The notes below the pieces were generated by a model, which saw only the letters and a program-made list of their open reading frames with translations, searched no databases and had not been told where the DNA came from. A stretch of 64,000 nucleotides of DNA from an uncultured Desulfarculus sp. (lineage in GTDB: Bacteria; Desulfobacterota; Desulfarculia; Desulfarculales; Desulfarculaceae), in the NCBI GenBank assembly GCA_963665125.2, contig CAXXUK010000002.1, forward strand, positions 832,001 through 896,000, in the 5' to 3' direction. The translations under genes and the position numbers were made by a program. Positions 39,363-49,775 of this stretch are shown one piece after another. Every line of letters starts with the position of its first letter. Position 1 is the first letter of the stretch.

Positions 39363-39541
39363 CAAGATGCTTGAGCATAGGGATTGAACCACTAAAGGCC
39401 GGTATTGTCAAGACGCAGGCGCACTTGTACCGCAATGCACAGCGAACAAAATGCCGCACAATAACTCAAGGGTTTAGCGGAGTTGCGAAGATCGTACAGC
39501 CGAGTCCGACACCAATGGCGGCGCACAGGGCCGGCGGCTGG

Positions 39542-39931
39542 TTAAATCACCCGGCGCAGGGCCAGTTTCTTGTCGCTGTAGACCCTTTTGATCTCGTTGC
39601 CCTCGCCCACCAAAACCACCTTGGGCTCGTGTTTGGCCACTTCTTCCTCGTTGAGCCAGGCCGTGGTGACCATGATCACCAGGTCGCCGGGCTGGGCCAT
39701 GCGGGCCGCGGCTCCGTTGAGGCAGATAACGCGACTGCCGGGTTCGCCGGGGATAACGTAAGTCTCGAAACGGTCGCCGGTGTTGATGTTGTAGATCTGG
39801 ACCATTTCGTGGGGGACAATCTCTGCTGCGTCCAATAACTCCTGATCCACGGTGACGCTGCCTTCGTAGTGCAGGTCAGCCTGGGTTACCGTGGCGCGGT
39901 GAATTTTGGACTTCATCATCCAACGATGCAT
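39542..39931 (-). CDS. panD: Aspartate 1-decarboxylase
   Basis: KSKIHRATVT..YEGSVTVD, RFETY and LNGAAAR. Confidence 0.95.
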   Translation of the reverse strand: MHRWMMKSKIHRATVTQADLHYEGSVTVDQELLDAAEIVPHEMVQIYNINTGDRFETYVIPGEPGSRVICLNGAAARMAQPGDLVIMVTTAWLNEEEVAKHEPKVVLVGEGNEIKRVYSDKKLALRRVI

Positions 39932-39942
39932 GACAATTCCCT

Positions 39943-40797
39943 CTAGTTCATGGGTGTGTTGTCGATCAATCGGGTACTCCCCATCCATACGGCGAGGGCC
40001 ATGCGCGCCGGACGGTCCAGCGTGGCCAGGCTCTCAAGATTGGTGGAGTCCACTATCTCAATATATTCGATGCGCGTGGGGTCGACCTTGGCGATCTCAT
40101 CCCTCGCGGCTTCAATCAATCTGGCGCAGTCGGTCTCCCCGGCTTCGGCCAAGGCCCTTGCCTTTTGCTGGCCCCGCCAAAGGGCCAGGGCCCGTTGGCG
40201 TTCGTCGGTGCTGAGGTGGACGTTTCGCGAACTCATGGCCAGTCCGTCGGTTTCCCGCACGGTGGGTCTGCCCACCACCTCTACGTCGAGATTCATGTCC
40301 AAGACCATGCGCTTGATCAGGGTAAGCTGCTGAAAATCTTTTTCGCCAAAGGCCGCGGTATTGGGCTTTACGGCGTTGAACAGCTTGAGCACCACGGTGG
40401 TCACACCGTCGAAATGGCCGGTGCGGACCTTGCCGCACAGCAGGTTGTTGGGGCCGTCCACGATGACCTTGGTGCAGTAGCCCTGAGGGTACATAGCTTC
40501 GGCGGTGGGGAAGTAGATGACCGAAACCCCGCGCTCGGCGCAAAGGGCCTTGTCCGTGTCAAAAGTGCGCGGGTAGGAGTTGAGGTCGTCGGGCCGCTCG
40601 AATTGCAGCGGATTGACGAAGATGCTGACCACGACTTCGTCGCAGACCTCTCGGACATATTCAATCAGTGACAGATGACCCTGGTGCAGGGCGCCCATGG
40701 TCGGTACGAAACCGACTTTTAGTCCCTTGGCCCGTTGGGCCAGGCTGTGGGCCTGCATCTCGGCTGGAGTGCGGATTACAATGGGGTCTTTTGACAT
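39943..40797 (-). CDS. panC: Pantoate--beta-alanine ligase
   Basis: FVPTMGALHQGH, SIFVNPLQF, FGEKDFQQ, GLAMSSRN and RLIDN. Confidence 0.95.
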   Translation of the reverse strand: MSKDPIVIRTPAEMQAHSLAQRAKGLKVGFVPTMGALHQGHLSLIEYVREVCDEVVVSIFVNPLQFERPDDLNSYPRTFDTDKALCAERGVSVIYFPTAEAMYPQGYCTKVIVDGPNNLLCGKVRTGHFDGVTTVVLKLFNAVKPNTAAFGEKDFQQLTLIKRMVLDMNLDVEVVGRPTVRETDGLAMSSRNVHLSTDERQRALALWRGQQKARALAEAGETDCARLIEAARDEIAKVDPTRIEYIEIVDSTNLESLATLDRPARMALAVWMGSTRLIDNTPMN

Positions 40798-40803
40798 GTC
40801 CAC

Positions 40804-40834
40804 CCGTCCCGGTCGCCCTTGGCAATCCAAGCGG
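40804..40834 (-). ncRNA. pan RNA motif-like cis-regulatory hairpin
   Basis: Minus strand CCG-CUUGG-A-UU-GCC-aag-GGC-GA-CCGGG-A-CGG: a stem with two bulged A residues ending 6 nt before the panC start codon. Confidence 0.65.
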
Positions 40835-40993
40835 TAATTATTGATAAACCAAACAAAACGAAACTTGGGCCTTTACTGTCTGCCCGTGGTTCATGGACCA
40901 TCAAACGACTGGCTTTGGGGTTTCGTTGGTGCAAAAGATAGCGCAGCAACTGAACGTTGTCCAGTTTTTATTCACCGAATCGTTTCCAGAGAT

Positions 40994-43198
40994 TCACAAT
41001 TTCGCATTGTTTAGTACGCCCAGGACGGTTTTCGTAAGCTCATCGGCTCGATACGGCTTGGCAATGTAGGCGGCGGCGGCGTCTCGGGGCCGGCTCTCCG
41101 GTTGGTTTGGGGCGTAGCCGCTGACTATTACGACCTTGAGCCGGCTGTCAAAGGCCAACAGCTCATCAAGGCAGCGAACGCCGCCCATGCCGGGCATGTT
41201 TATGTCCAACAGGACCAGATCAATTTTTTCCGGGTTTGCAAGGTACAAGGCCAATGCCTGTTCGCCGTTTTCGGCCTGTATGGTTTCGAGTCCGCATTTG
41301 CCCAGGATTCCACTGGCCGTTTCGCGCAGGGCAGCTTCGTCGTCGACCACCAGCACGGTGTGGGGGCCGTCCAACGGCTTGGATAGTCTTTCTTCCTGGG
41401 CTGGATTAAGATCCGGCTGGGTTTGGCCCGGATGATAGGGCCAATACAGGTCGAAGCGGGTTCCCCGGCCGGGGCTGCTTTGGCAGGTGACGTGGCCGCC
41501 ATGGTTCTTGACGATGCCAAAGACCATGGCCAGGCCCAAGCCGGTGCCCTTGCCGATCTCCTTTTGGGTGAAAAAGGGATCGAATATGTGCTCCAAGGTT
41601 TCCTGATCCATGCCTTGGCCGGTGTCGGATACCGACAGGTGCAGATAGACGCCCGGTTTGCAGCCTTCGTGAGGGCGGCACTGTTCTTCGTTCAGTTCAA
41701 CCTGCCGGGTGGTGATGGTCAACATACCTCCGTCGGGCATGGCGTCCCGGGCGTTGCTGCCCAGATTCATCAGCACCTGGCTTAGTTGGCTGGCATCCAT
41801 CAGCACCAGGGGCAGTCCTTCGGCCAAGTCCAGCTCAATAGTGATCATCCTGGGGATGATCCTGCGGAGCATGTCGACGGCTAGGCTCACTTGGTGATTG
41901 AAGTCAATGGGCTTTAATATGGGATCGACTTTGCGGCTGAAGGTCAGGATGCCTCGGACCAGTTCCTTGCCCTTGTCGCTGATGTCAAGTATTTGGTCCA
42001 GCTCTCGTGACGGCGCGATGCCGTCCTCGATGTTGAAATGAGCGATTTCGGCATAACCGGTGATGGCCGCCAAGAGGTTGTTGAAGTCGTGGGCTATGCC
42101 GCCGGCCAGGGTGCCGACGGCCTCCATTTTCTGGGCTTGGTGCAGTTGCGCCTCCAATAGACGCATCTCGGTTATGTCCTTGAGCAGGCCCACCATGCCT
42201 TCGACTTGGTTGTTTTGGTTTAAACGGGGGGCCGCGCTCAATATAAAATGAACTTCCTTGCCACGGCTGTCCAGAAGGACCACCTCCATTCCCTGGACGG
42301 TGCGGCCAGAGACAAACACGTCTTCCATGGCCTTTTCGATATCCTGGGAATGTTCGGGGCTGCCGATTTCAGCCAGGCGGGTGCCTATCAACAGCGGGGG
42401 CGAGTAACCCAGGGCGGTGTCCACCGTGGGGTTGACATAGGTGAACCGGCCCTGGGCGTTAATCGTGAAAATGACATCCGGGGCATTTTCCCCCAGACTG
42501 CGGAAACGGGCCTCGCTTATGCGCAAGTCGGCGCTTACGGCCTGTTCGCTTTCAAGGGCTTCCTTGAGGCCTTCGAGCATCCGGGCTGTGATGATGGTGA
42601 TGAAGGAATTGAGGAGCATGAAGTTGGCGCCCATCACCAGCCACTGCTGAAGCGGATTAGGCTGGCATCCGGCCCAGGGCAGCAGGTCGGCGGCCAATCC
42701 CACGGCCACCAGGGCGAACACCAGGAAAGCAAACAGCAGCATCCAGGCACCGGCACCCAGGCCGATGAGGCCGGCGGCCAGCACCGACGATGCGAAAAGC
42801 CACATGTATCCGGCGCCATGGGGCCCAAGCATGAACATAAGGCCCGCGCCCAGGGCGAACACCAATAGGCATACCACCCAGGCCCTGACAGCCAGAGAGC
42901 GGTTTTGATTGAAAAACACGGCCAAGGCGACGCCGTAGGCCAATGCGTCGATGGCGGCGACCGCCCAGCGGCCCTCGACAAGAGCCAGAGCCACCGAAGG
43001 GACAAGGGCCAGAGGCGCGAAATATACCGACAGCAGCAGCAAAGTGAGAAGAATGCGCTCGCGCCAAAAGGTCAACCTGTCGGCCTGCCAGGCATATTCC
43101 GGTAGGTGACGTCTTTCCAGGCGCCGCCATAAGTGGGGAAATTTTTGAAAAGATGCTAGCGCCAATTCCCACTCAAACCGATTTGCATGTTGTACCAA
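40994..43198 (-). CDS. Hybrid sensor histidine kinase (membrane sensor, PAS, HisKA, HATPase, REC)
   Basis: Several TM helices; [36 protein letters not shown]-terminal REC domain. Confidence 0.92.
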   Translation of the reverse strand: MVQHANRFEWELALASFQKFPHLWRRLERRHLPEYAWQADRLTFWRERILLTLLLLSVYFAPLALVPSVALALVEGRWAVAAIDALAYGVALAVFFNQNRSLAVRAWVVCLLVFALGAGLMFMLGPHGAGYMWLFASSVLAAGLIGLGAGAWMLLFAFLVFALVAVGLAADLLPWAGCQPNPLQQWLVMGANFMLLNSFITIITARMLEGLKEALESEQAVSADLRISEARFRSLGENAPDVIFTINAQGRFTYVNPTVDTALGYSPPLLIGTRLAEIGSPEHSQDIEKAMEDVFVSGRTVQGMEVVLLDSRGKEVHFILSAAPRLNQNNQVEGMVGLLKDITEMRLLEAQLHQAQKMEAVGTLAGGIAHDFNNLLAAITGYAEIAHFNIEDGIAPSRELDQILDISDKGKELVRGILTFSRKVDPILKPIDFNHQVSLAVDMLRRIIPRMITIELDLAEGLPLVLMDASQLSQVLMNLGSNARDAMPDGGMLTITTRQVELNEEQCRPHEGCKPGVYLHLSVSDTGQGMDQETLEHIFDPFFTQKEIGKGTGLGLAMVFGIVKNHGGHVTCQSSPGRGTRFDLYWPYHPGQTQPDLNPAQEERLSKPLDGPHTVLVVDDEAALRETASGILGKCGLETIQAENGEQALALYLANPEKIDLVLLDINMPGMGGVRCLDELLAFDSRLKVVIVSGYAPNQPESRPRDAAAAYIAKPYRADELTKTVLGVLNNAKL

Positions 43199-43314
43199 TA
43201 TGAACTGCTAGAAAATACTAAAAGTCTAACATACGACAGAAACCATGCATATCCAGAATGAGGAAAACACTGGTGTTTCATGCGGATTTGGAAGTGAGGG
43301 GCGAGCAATACGTA

Positions 43315-44163
43315 TCAGGCGGCGGGAACGTCCAGGGCTTCGGCGATGACGCCCAACTGGTTTATATCCATTTGCTCGGCCCTCATGCCGGGGTTGATGC
43401 CGGCGGCCTCCAGGGCCTCGGCAATGGCGGTTCGTTCCCGGCCCAGGCCAGCGGCCAGGGAGTTGGCCACGGTCTTGCGGCGCTGGCTGAAGGCGGCCTT
43501 GACCACTTCGCCGAACCATTGGGGGGCCTGTTCGGCTATCGGGACCATTGGGCTTTCCCGCAAATTGAGATGCACCACCTGGCTTTCAACTTTGGGTTCG
43601 GGGAAAAACTGCTTGCGGCCGATGACCATGCCCTGCCTGACATTGCAATACGTCTGGACCATCACACTCAGGCGGCCCCACTGTTTGCCGCCTGGTTTGG
43701 CCACCAGCCTGTCGGCAACCTCCCGCTGGATCATCATGGTGGCCGAACGCCAGCACGAAGGTGCCTTCATGAGATTGAACAGCAGCGGCGAAGTGATGTT
43801 GTACGGCAGGTTGCTCAGGATGACCAGGGGCGATCCGGCCTTGGCGGCCAATTCCCGCCAGTCGACCTTGAGAACGTCCTGCAGGCGGGGTTCGACGTTG
43901 GTGATGCCTTTTTCGGCCAGGATCCGGCCCAATACCTCGAACACGCCCCTGTCTACCTCCAGGGCGATGACCTTCGCGGCCAGGCCGGCGGCGGCCATGG
44001 TCAGGGCGCCAAGCCCGGGGCCTATCTCCAGCACCGTGTCGCCGGGTTGAATGCCCGCCGAATCGACAACGGCCTGTGACGTGGCCGGCTGGGTCAGGAA
44101 GTTCTGGCCCCTGGCCTTGGATGCGTGCAACTGGTGCATGTTCATTAATTGGCGGGGATGCAT
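43315..44163 (-). CDS. rsmA: 16S rRNA m6,2A dimethyltransferase
   Basis: GQNFL, EIGPGLGALT, NLPYNI and F.QRRKT. Confidence 0.93.
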   Translation of the reverse strand: MHPRQLMNMHQLHASKARGQNFLTQPATSQAVVDSAGIQPGDTVLEIGPGLGALTMAAAGLAAKVIALEVDRGVFEVLGRILAEKGITNVEPRLQDVLKVDWRELAAKAGSPLVILSNLPYNITSPLLFNLMKAPSCWRSATMMIQREVADRLVAKPGGKQWGRLSVMVQTYCNVRQGMVIGRKQFFPEPKVESQVVHLNLRESPMVPIAEQAPQWFGEVVKAAFSQRRKTVANSLAAGLGRERTAIAEALEAAGINPGMRAEQMDINQLGVIAEALDVPAA

Positions 44164-44171
44164 ATATTCAC

Positions 44172-45224
44172 TCAGGCGGTTTCCGGCAAACGACCGCCCC
44201 GGGGCAAGCGGCTGACGGCGTCGGCGTCGATGGCCATGATTTTGCCGGAGCGCAGGCGCAGGCATCCGGCGGCGGCGATCATGGCCGCGTTGTCGGTGCA
44301 CAGTTCAAATGGCGGTGCGGTCAGGCGCATGCCCCTGTCTTCGGCCAAACGCTTCATGACCGTGCGCAACCGCTGGTTGGAGGCAACGCCTCCGGCCAGG
44401 GCCAGGGCCTTGATGCCCCGCTCCTTGGCCGCTTCAATGGTCTTTTTGGCCAATACCTCCACCACGGCCTCCTGGAAGCCGGCGCAGAGATCTTCGATGC
44501 GGTAGTTTTCGCCCTTGTGTTGCTCCCGGAAGCGCACAACCGCGCTTTTCAGGCCGGAAAAGCTGAAATCCAAGGTGCCGTCGTGCATCCTGGGACGGGG
44601 CAGGGTGATGGCCTCGGGGTCGCCTTTGGCGGCCAGCCTGTCGATGACCACTCCGCCGGGATAGCCCAGGCCGTAGAGCTTGGCCACCTTGTCAAAGGCC
44701 TCGCCCGCCGCGTCGTCGACGGTTTGACCCAACTCCTCCATGTCGCCGTGGTCGCGTACCAGGTAGATGCTGGTATGGCCGCCGCTGACCAACAGGGCCG
44801 TAAAGGGCGGCTTTGGCGGGTCGTCCATCAGGTTCAGGGCGGCGATATGGCCCTCCAGGTGGCTGACTCCGCAGACGGGCAGGCGCCTGGCCCAGGCCAG
44901 GGCCTTGGCCGCCGACAGCCCCACCAACAGCGATCCGATGAGCCCCGGCCCCTGGGTAACGGCAATGCCGCTGATATCGGCCAAGGTCAAACCGGCCTCG
45001 GCCAGGGCGGTCCTGATCACCGGCGTGACGGCCTCCAGATGGCGGCGGCTGGCCAGTTCGGGCACAACCCCGCCGAACGGCGCATGGTCCTTGACCTGGC
45101 TGGCCACCACGCTGGAAAGTATGCGGCGGCCGTTTTCGACAACAGCCGCCGCCGTTTCATCGCATGATGACTCTATGCCCAGGACCAGACGTCCCGCGTC
45201 TATGTTATTCGGAGCGTTGGCCAC
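44172..45224 (-). CDS. tsaD: tRNA N6-threonylcarbamoyltransferase
   Basis: GIESSCDET, GGVVPELASR, HLEGH, SGGHT, DDAAGEAFDK and TDNAAMIA. Confidence 0.95.
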   Translation of the reverse strand: MANAPNNIDAGRLVLGIESSCDETAAAVVENGRRILSSVVASQVKDHAPFGGVVPELASRRHLEAVTPVIRTALAEAGLTLADISGIAVTQGPGLIGSLLVGLSAAKALAWARRLPVCGVSHLEGHIAALNLMDDPPKPPFTALLVSGGHTSIYLVRDHGDMEELGQTVDDAAGEAFDKVAKLYGLGYPGGVVIDRLAAKGDPEAITLPRPRMHDGTLDFSFSGLKSAVVRFREQHKGENYRIEDLCAGFQEAVVEVLAKKTIEAAKERGIKALALAGGVASNQRLRTVMKRLAEDRGMRLTAPPFELCTDNAAMIAAAGCLRLRSGKIMAIDADAVSRLPRGGRLPETA

Positions 45225-46227
45225 TCAGGAACTGTTCCACATCCTGGACGTCCAGCTTGCTGCCGATGACGATGGGCACGCGCTGGTGCAGTTCTTCGGG
45301 CTGGACTTCCATAACCCGGCCTTCGCCCGTGCTGGCCGCGCCGCCCGCCTGTTCGGCCACCATGGCCAGGGGGTTGCATTCGTAGAGCAGGCGGAGTTTG
45401 CCGTTTGGTTTCTTGGGGTCTTTGCTGTCTTTGGGGTAGAGGAACACTCCGCCGTACAGAAGCGTGCGGTGGAAATCGGCGACCATGGAGCCGATATAGC
45501 GGCAGGAATACACCGGCTTGGTATCGGTCTTCTTGCGCAGGTAGCGGAAGTAGTTTCTCAGGTTGTCGCTCCAATAATCCCAGTAGCCCATGTTGGCGCT
45601 GAAGATATTGCCGCGTTCGGGGATCTTGATGTCCGGATGGCTGAGCAGAAATTCGCCCACCGAGCTATCCAGGGTAAAGGCGCTGACGCCGTTGCCTGTG
45701 GTGTAGACCATCATGGTCGACGAGCCGTACAAAAAATAGCCGGCTGCCACTTGTTTGTAGCCCGGTTGCAGCAGGTCGCTCATCTGATAGTCGGTGCCCG
45801 GCGACGCCTTGCGCAGGATGCTGAAGATGGTGCCTATGGACACGTTGGCGTCGATGTTGGAGCTGCCGTCCAGGGGGTCGAACATCAGCACATAGTTGCC
45901 CTTCTCATAGCCCCGGGGGATCTCGATGGGGTCGGCGTCTTCCTCGGAGCCCAGCACGCTGCAGTGGCCGCTGCGGCACAGACGCTCTATGAGCAGATCG
46001 TGGGCGTATTCATCGAGCTTTTTGACCTGTTCGCCCTGCACGTTGATGTGGCCGGCCGAGCCCAGAATGCCGGCCAGACCGGCCTTGTTGACCTCTGCGG
46101 AGATTATCTTGGCCGCGAAGATCAGTTCGTTCATCAGCCTGGTGAACACGCCCGAGGCCTCGCCGTGGCGCTGCTGCTGCATCAGGATGTGGTTGGTTAC
46201 GGTTATGCCTACTTTATTTTCAGTCAT
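45205..46227 (-). CDS. fbp: Fructose-1,6-bisphosphatase class I
   Basis: GEQVKKLD, FDPLDGSSNID, RYIGSMVADFHR and GKLRLLYE. Confidence 0.95.
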   Translation of the reverse strand: MTENKVGITVTNHILMQQQRHGEASGVFTRLMNELIFAAKIISAEVNKAGLAGILGSAGHINVQGEQVKKLDEYAHDLLIERLCRSGHCSVLGSEEDADPIEIPRGYEKGNYVLMFDPLDGSSNIDANVSIGTIFSILRKASPGTDYQMSDLLQPGYKQVAAGYFLYGSSTMMVYTTGNGVSAFTLDSSVGEFLLSHPDIKIPERGNIFSANMGYWDYWSDNLRNYFRYLRKKTDTKPVYSCRYIGSMVADFHRTLLYGGVFLYPKDSKDPKKPNGKLRLLYECNPLAMVAEQAGGAASTGEGRVMEVQPEELHQRVPIVIGSKLDVQDVEQFLSGQRSE

Positions 46228-46349
46228 TGCCCCCTCCTCCAGAGTTTGGCCATGAGAAATAGCTGTCAACTATTTGTAACACTGACACGGCCTGGAGGGC
46301 AAATAAACATTACCCAATGAAAATCCATAGTTGACAAGTGAAGTTGGGC

Positions 46350-47960
46350 TTAGCCGGTTTCGTCTTTCCAAAGCTTGTAGCGGATGGAATCGGACAGGGC
46401 CTGCCAGCTTGCCTCCAGCACGTCGAAACTCACGCCCACCGTGCCCCAACGCATGCGTCCGTCGCTGGATTCGATGAGCACCCGCACGCTGGCGGCGGTG
46501 CCGTCGGCGCTGGAGAGCACCCGGACCTTGTAGTCCACCAGGAACATCTCGGACAACTGGGGATAAAAGCCCAACAGGGCCTTGCGCAAGGCGCGGTCCA
46601 GGGCGTTTACCGGGCCATTGCCCACGGCGGCTGTATGGCGCACCCTGCCGTCGACCAGGACCATGACCGTGGCCTCGCTGACCGGACCGGGGTCCTTGCA
46701 GTCGGTGAACTGGTTCACCTCCTTGTTGCCGATCACCCGGAAGTTCATGAGCTGGAAGTAGTTGGGCTCCTTGCCCAGCATGCGGTTGACCATCAGCTCG
46801 AAGCTGGCCTCGGCGGCCTCGTAGACATAGCCCAGGTTTTCCAGGGCCTTGAGCTCCTGGAGAATGGCCCCGAGTCTGGGGTCGTCGTCGGCTATGTCCA
46901 GGCCCCAGTCGCGGACCTTGCGCAGCACTGCGGCCTTGCCCGCCAGGTCGCTGATCAGATAGCGGCGGTCGTTGCCCACGGCTTCGGGCGACTCGTGCTC
47001 GTAGAGGATGGGATCTTTTTCCACGGCGCTGATGTGCAGACCGCCCTTGTGGCCAAACGCCGCCCTGCCCACGTACGGGGCAAACGGCCGGGGCTGTTGG
47101 TTGGCCAGCTCCAGCACGTAGCGGGCCGTATCGGTGAGTAGCGGCAGCTTGCCTGCGGGCAGGGCCTTCATGCCCATCTTCAACTCAAGGGCCGCGACGA
47201 TGGAGCAGAGGTTGGCGTTGCCGCAGCGCTCGCCCACGCCGTTGATGGTGCCCTGGACGTGACCCGCTCCGGCCTCCACGGCGGCCAGGGTGGTGGCCAC
47301 GGCCAGTTCGGCGTCGTTGTGGGTGTGGATGCCCACGGTGATTTTGGGGAACCGCGCGCACACCGCAGCGGTGGCCTCGGCCACCTGCCGGGGCAGGGAG
47401 CCGCCGTTGGTGTCGCAAAGCACCAGGCACTTGGCTCCGCCGTCGGCCGCGGCCTGCAGACAGGCCATGGTGTAGTCGCGGTTGTACTTCAGGCCGTCGA
47501 AGAAGTGCTCGGCGTCGAAGAAGACGTCAATATGGCGCTGGGTAAGATAGGCCACCGAACCCCGGATCATCTCCAGGTTGTTGTCCAGAGGCGTCTCCAA
47601 CTGCACGGTGACGTGACGGTCCCAGGTCTTGCCGACCATGGTCACCACATCGGTGCGGGCGGCGATGAGTTCGGCAAGGTTGGTGTCGTTGTCGGGCCGC
47701 CGGTTGGGATGGTGGGTGCTGCCGAAAGCCGCCAGCTTGGCGTGCCCCAGGTTCAAATTCTCCGCCTGGGCGAAAAACTGTTTGTCCCTGGGGTTGCTGC
47801 CGGGCCAGCCGCCTTCGATATAATGCACGCCCAGTTTGTCCAGGCGCTGGGCCACCTTGAGCTTGTCCTCCACCGAGAGGACAAACCCCGCCGCCTGCGT
47901 GCCGTCGCGCAGAGTGGTGTCGTAGACCTCGACCTGCCGTTTGCCGCCTTCTCCGGACAT
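46350..47960 (-). CDS. cimA: Citramalate synthase
   Basis: YDTTLRDGTQ, IEGGWPGSNP, FDAEHFFDG, HTHND, HKGGLH and GNGPVNALD. Confidence 0.9.
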   Translation of the reverse strand: MSGEGGKRQVEVYDTTLRDGTQAAGFVLSVEDKLKVAQRLDKLGVHYIEGGWPGSNPRDKQFFAQAENLNLGHAKLAAFGSTHHPNRRPDNDTNLAELIAARTDVVTMVGKTWDRHVTVQLETPLDNNLEMIRGSVAYLTQRHIDVFFDAEHFFDGLKYNRDYTMACLQAAADGGAKCLVLCDTNGGSLPRQVAEATAAVCARFPKITVGIHTHNDAELAVATTLAAVEAGAGHVQGTINGVGERCGNANLCSIVAALELKMGMKALPAGKLPLLTDTARYVLELANQQPRPFAPYVGRAAFGHKGGLHISAVEKDPILYEHESPEAVGNDRRYLISDLAGKAAVLRKVRDWGLDIADDDPRLGAILQELKALENLGYVYEAAEASFELMVNRMLGKEPNYFQLMNFRVIGNKEVNQFTDCKDPGPVSEATVMVLVDGRVRHTAAVGNGPVNALDRALRKALLGFYPQLSEMFLVDYKVRVLSSADGTAASVRVLIESSDGRMRWGTVGVSFDVLEASWQALSDSIRYKLWKDETG

Positions 47961-47964
47961 GGCC

Positions 47965-49212
47965 CTAGCCCAAGTCTTCTGCTTTGGCCTGTTCATCTTC
48001 GGCCAGCTCGAATGCGTCATGCAGGGCGCGCACGGCCAGCTCGGTGTACTTTTCCTTGATCACGCAGGAGATCTTGATCTCGCTGGTGTTGATGGTCTCG
48101 ATGTTGATGTTTTCCTTGGCCAGGGCCTGGAACATCTTGGTGGCCACGCCGGCGTGGTTGCGCATGCCCGTGCCGATGATGGAGACCTTGGCGATGTCCG
48201 GGTCGCCGATGACCTGCTCGGCGCCGATATGCTCGACGATCCGTCCCACCACTTCCAAGGCGTTTTCATAGTCGGTCTTGGGCACGGTGAAGGAGATGTC
48301 GGTCTTGCCGTCGGCGCTGGTGTTCTGGATGATCACGTCGACGACGATGTTGGCTTTGCCGATGGGCACGAACACCTTGCTGGCCACGCCGGGCTGGTCG
48401 GGCACGCCCTTGATGGTGATGCGGGCTTCGTTCTTGTTGTAGGCTATGCCGCTGACTACGAGTTTTTCGGTGATCTGGTCTTCGGGAACCACCATGGTGC
48501 CCTCCTGGTCGCTGAAAGTGGAACGGACGTGGATATTCACGCCGAATTGTTTTGCAAAGGCCACGGAACGGATTTCAAGGACCTTGGCCCCGAGGGAGGC
48601 CATCTCCAGCATCTCGTCGTAGGAGATCTGGTTTAGTTTGCGGGCCGCCGGCACGATGTTGGGGTCGGTGGTGTAAACGCCGTCGACATCGGTGTAGATC
48701 TCACAGACGTCGGCTTTGAGCGCCGCGGCCAGGGCCACGGCCGTGGTGTCGCTGCCGCCCCGGCCCAGGGTCGTCACGTCGCCGGTGTCCCAGTCGAGGC
48801 CCTGGAAACCGGCCACGACCACCACCGAGCCTTCGTCCAGAAGCTCTTTGATGCGGGCGGCCTCCACATCCTTGATGCGGGCCTTGCCAAAGACATTGTC
48901 GGTGAGGATGGCGGCCTGGAAGCCCAGCAGCGAGTGAGCGGTCATGCCCATGTCGCTGGCGGCCATGCAGAACAGCGCCACGGACTGCTGCTCGCCGGTG
49001 GCCAGCAGAACGTCCATTTCCCGGGCGTCGGGCCGGGAGCTGGCCTCGTGGGCCAGGGCGATGAGCTTGTCGGTCATGCCGGCCATGGCCGACAGCACCA
49101 CAACCATCTTGTTGCCCTGTTCGGCACGGGCCTTGACCTTGCGGGCCACGTTTTTAATCTTCTCGATGCTGCCCACCGAGGTCCCGCCGTATTTTTGAAC
49201 GATTGTCGCCAT
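47965..49212 (-). CDS. lysC: Aspartate kinase
   Basis: VQKYGGTSV, TTLGRGGSDTTAV and two ACT domains. Confidence 0.95.
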   Translation of the reverse strand: MATIVQKYGGTSVGSIEKIKNVARKVKARAEQGNKMVVVLSAMAGMTDKLIALAHEASSRPDAREMDVLLATGEQQSVALFCMAASDMGMTAHSLLGFQAAILTDNVFGKARIKDVEAARIKELLDEGSVVVVAGFQGLDWDTGDVTTLGRGGSDTTAVALAAALKADVCEIYTDVDGVYTTDPNIVPAARKLNQISYDEMLEMASLGAKVLEIRSVAFAKQFGVNIHVRSTFSDQEGTMVVPEDQITEKLVVSGIAYNKNEARITIKGVPDQPGVASKVFVPIGKANIVVDVIIQNTSADGKTDISFTVPKTDYENALEVVGRIVEHIGAEQVIGDPDIAKVSIIGTGMRNHAGVATKMFQALAKENINIETINTSEIKISCVIKEKYTELAVRALHDAFELAEDEQAKAEDLG

Positions 49213-49230
49213 GTTAGCTTCCCACTGTCA

Positions 49231-49695
49231 TTATATTGCGGCCCGTTGCAGCTGGTCTATCAGCTCAGCCGGACCGGTTATCTCGGCTTGCCGGGATAGG
49301 GTCTCGTTGCCGCCCAGGCGCACGGTAAGCGCATCCGGGGGCCAATGGCCTTCCATGATCTCGGCCCATTCCACGGCCAACACCCCGTCCGCCGCTTCGT
49401 CCAGCAGGCCCAGGTCAAGGGCGCTGTCGGCGTCGAGCCGGTACAGGTCGGCGTGATAAAAGGCGATCCGGCCCGGATAGACGTTGAGCAGGGTGAAGGT
49501 GGGGCTGGTGATGGCGTAGTCTTCGCCGACTCCCAGGCCCCTGGCCAACCCCCTGGCCAGCGTTGTTTTTCCGGCTCCGAGGCCGCCATACAACAGGACC
49601 ACGCCACCGGGTTTCAGAAGATCGCCCAGAGCGCGGCCCAATTTTTCCGTTGCCGCCTCGTCGGGCAGGTCAAGGCTCAGACGGTGCGTTTCCAT
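49231..49695 (-). CDS. tsaE: t6A biosynthesis ATPase
   Basis: LGAGKTT, SPTFTL, HADLYRL and VEWA. Confidence 0.93.
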   Translation of the reverse strand: METHRLSLDLPDEAATEKLGRALGDLLKPGGVVLLYGGLGAGKTTLARGLARGLGVGEDYAITSPTFTLLNVYPGRIAFYHADLYRLDADSALDLGLLDEAADGVLAVEWAEIMEGHWPPDALTVRLGGNETLSRQAEITGPAELIDQLQRAAI

Positions 49696-49775
49696 TGGGT
49701 GTTGCCGTGGTTTTAGTTAGTGGGGTTTACCAGATAAGCGCCCTTTGAGCAAGGGTCTTCCCCATTATGTCACGG

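Noticed and set aside
46263..46284. Pho-box-like CTGTCAA/TTGTAAC pair upstream of fbp
   Set aside because: Only two units, pointing away from the gene; TGTCAA is equally explained as a minus-strand -35 box
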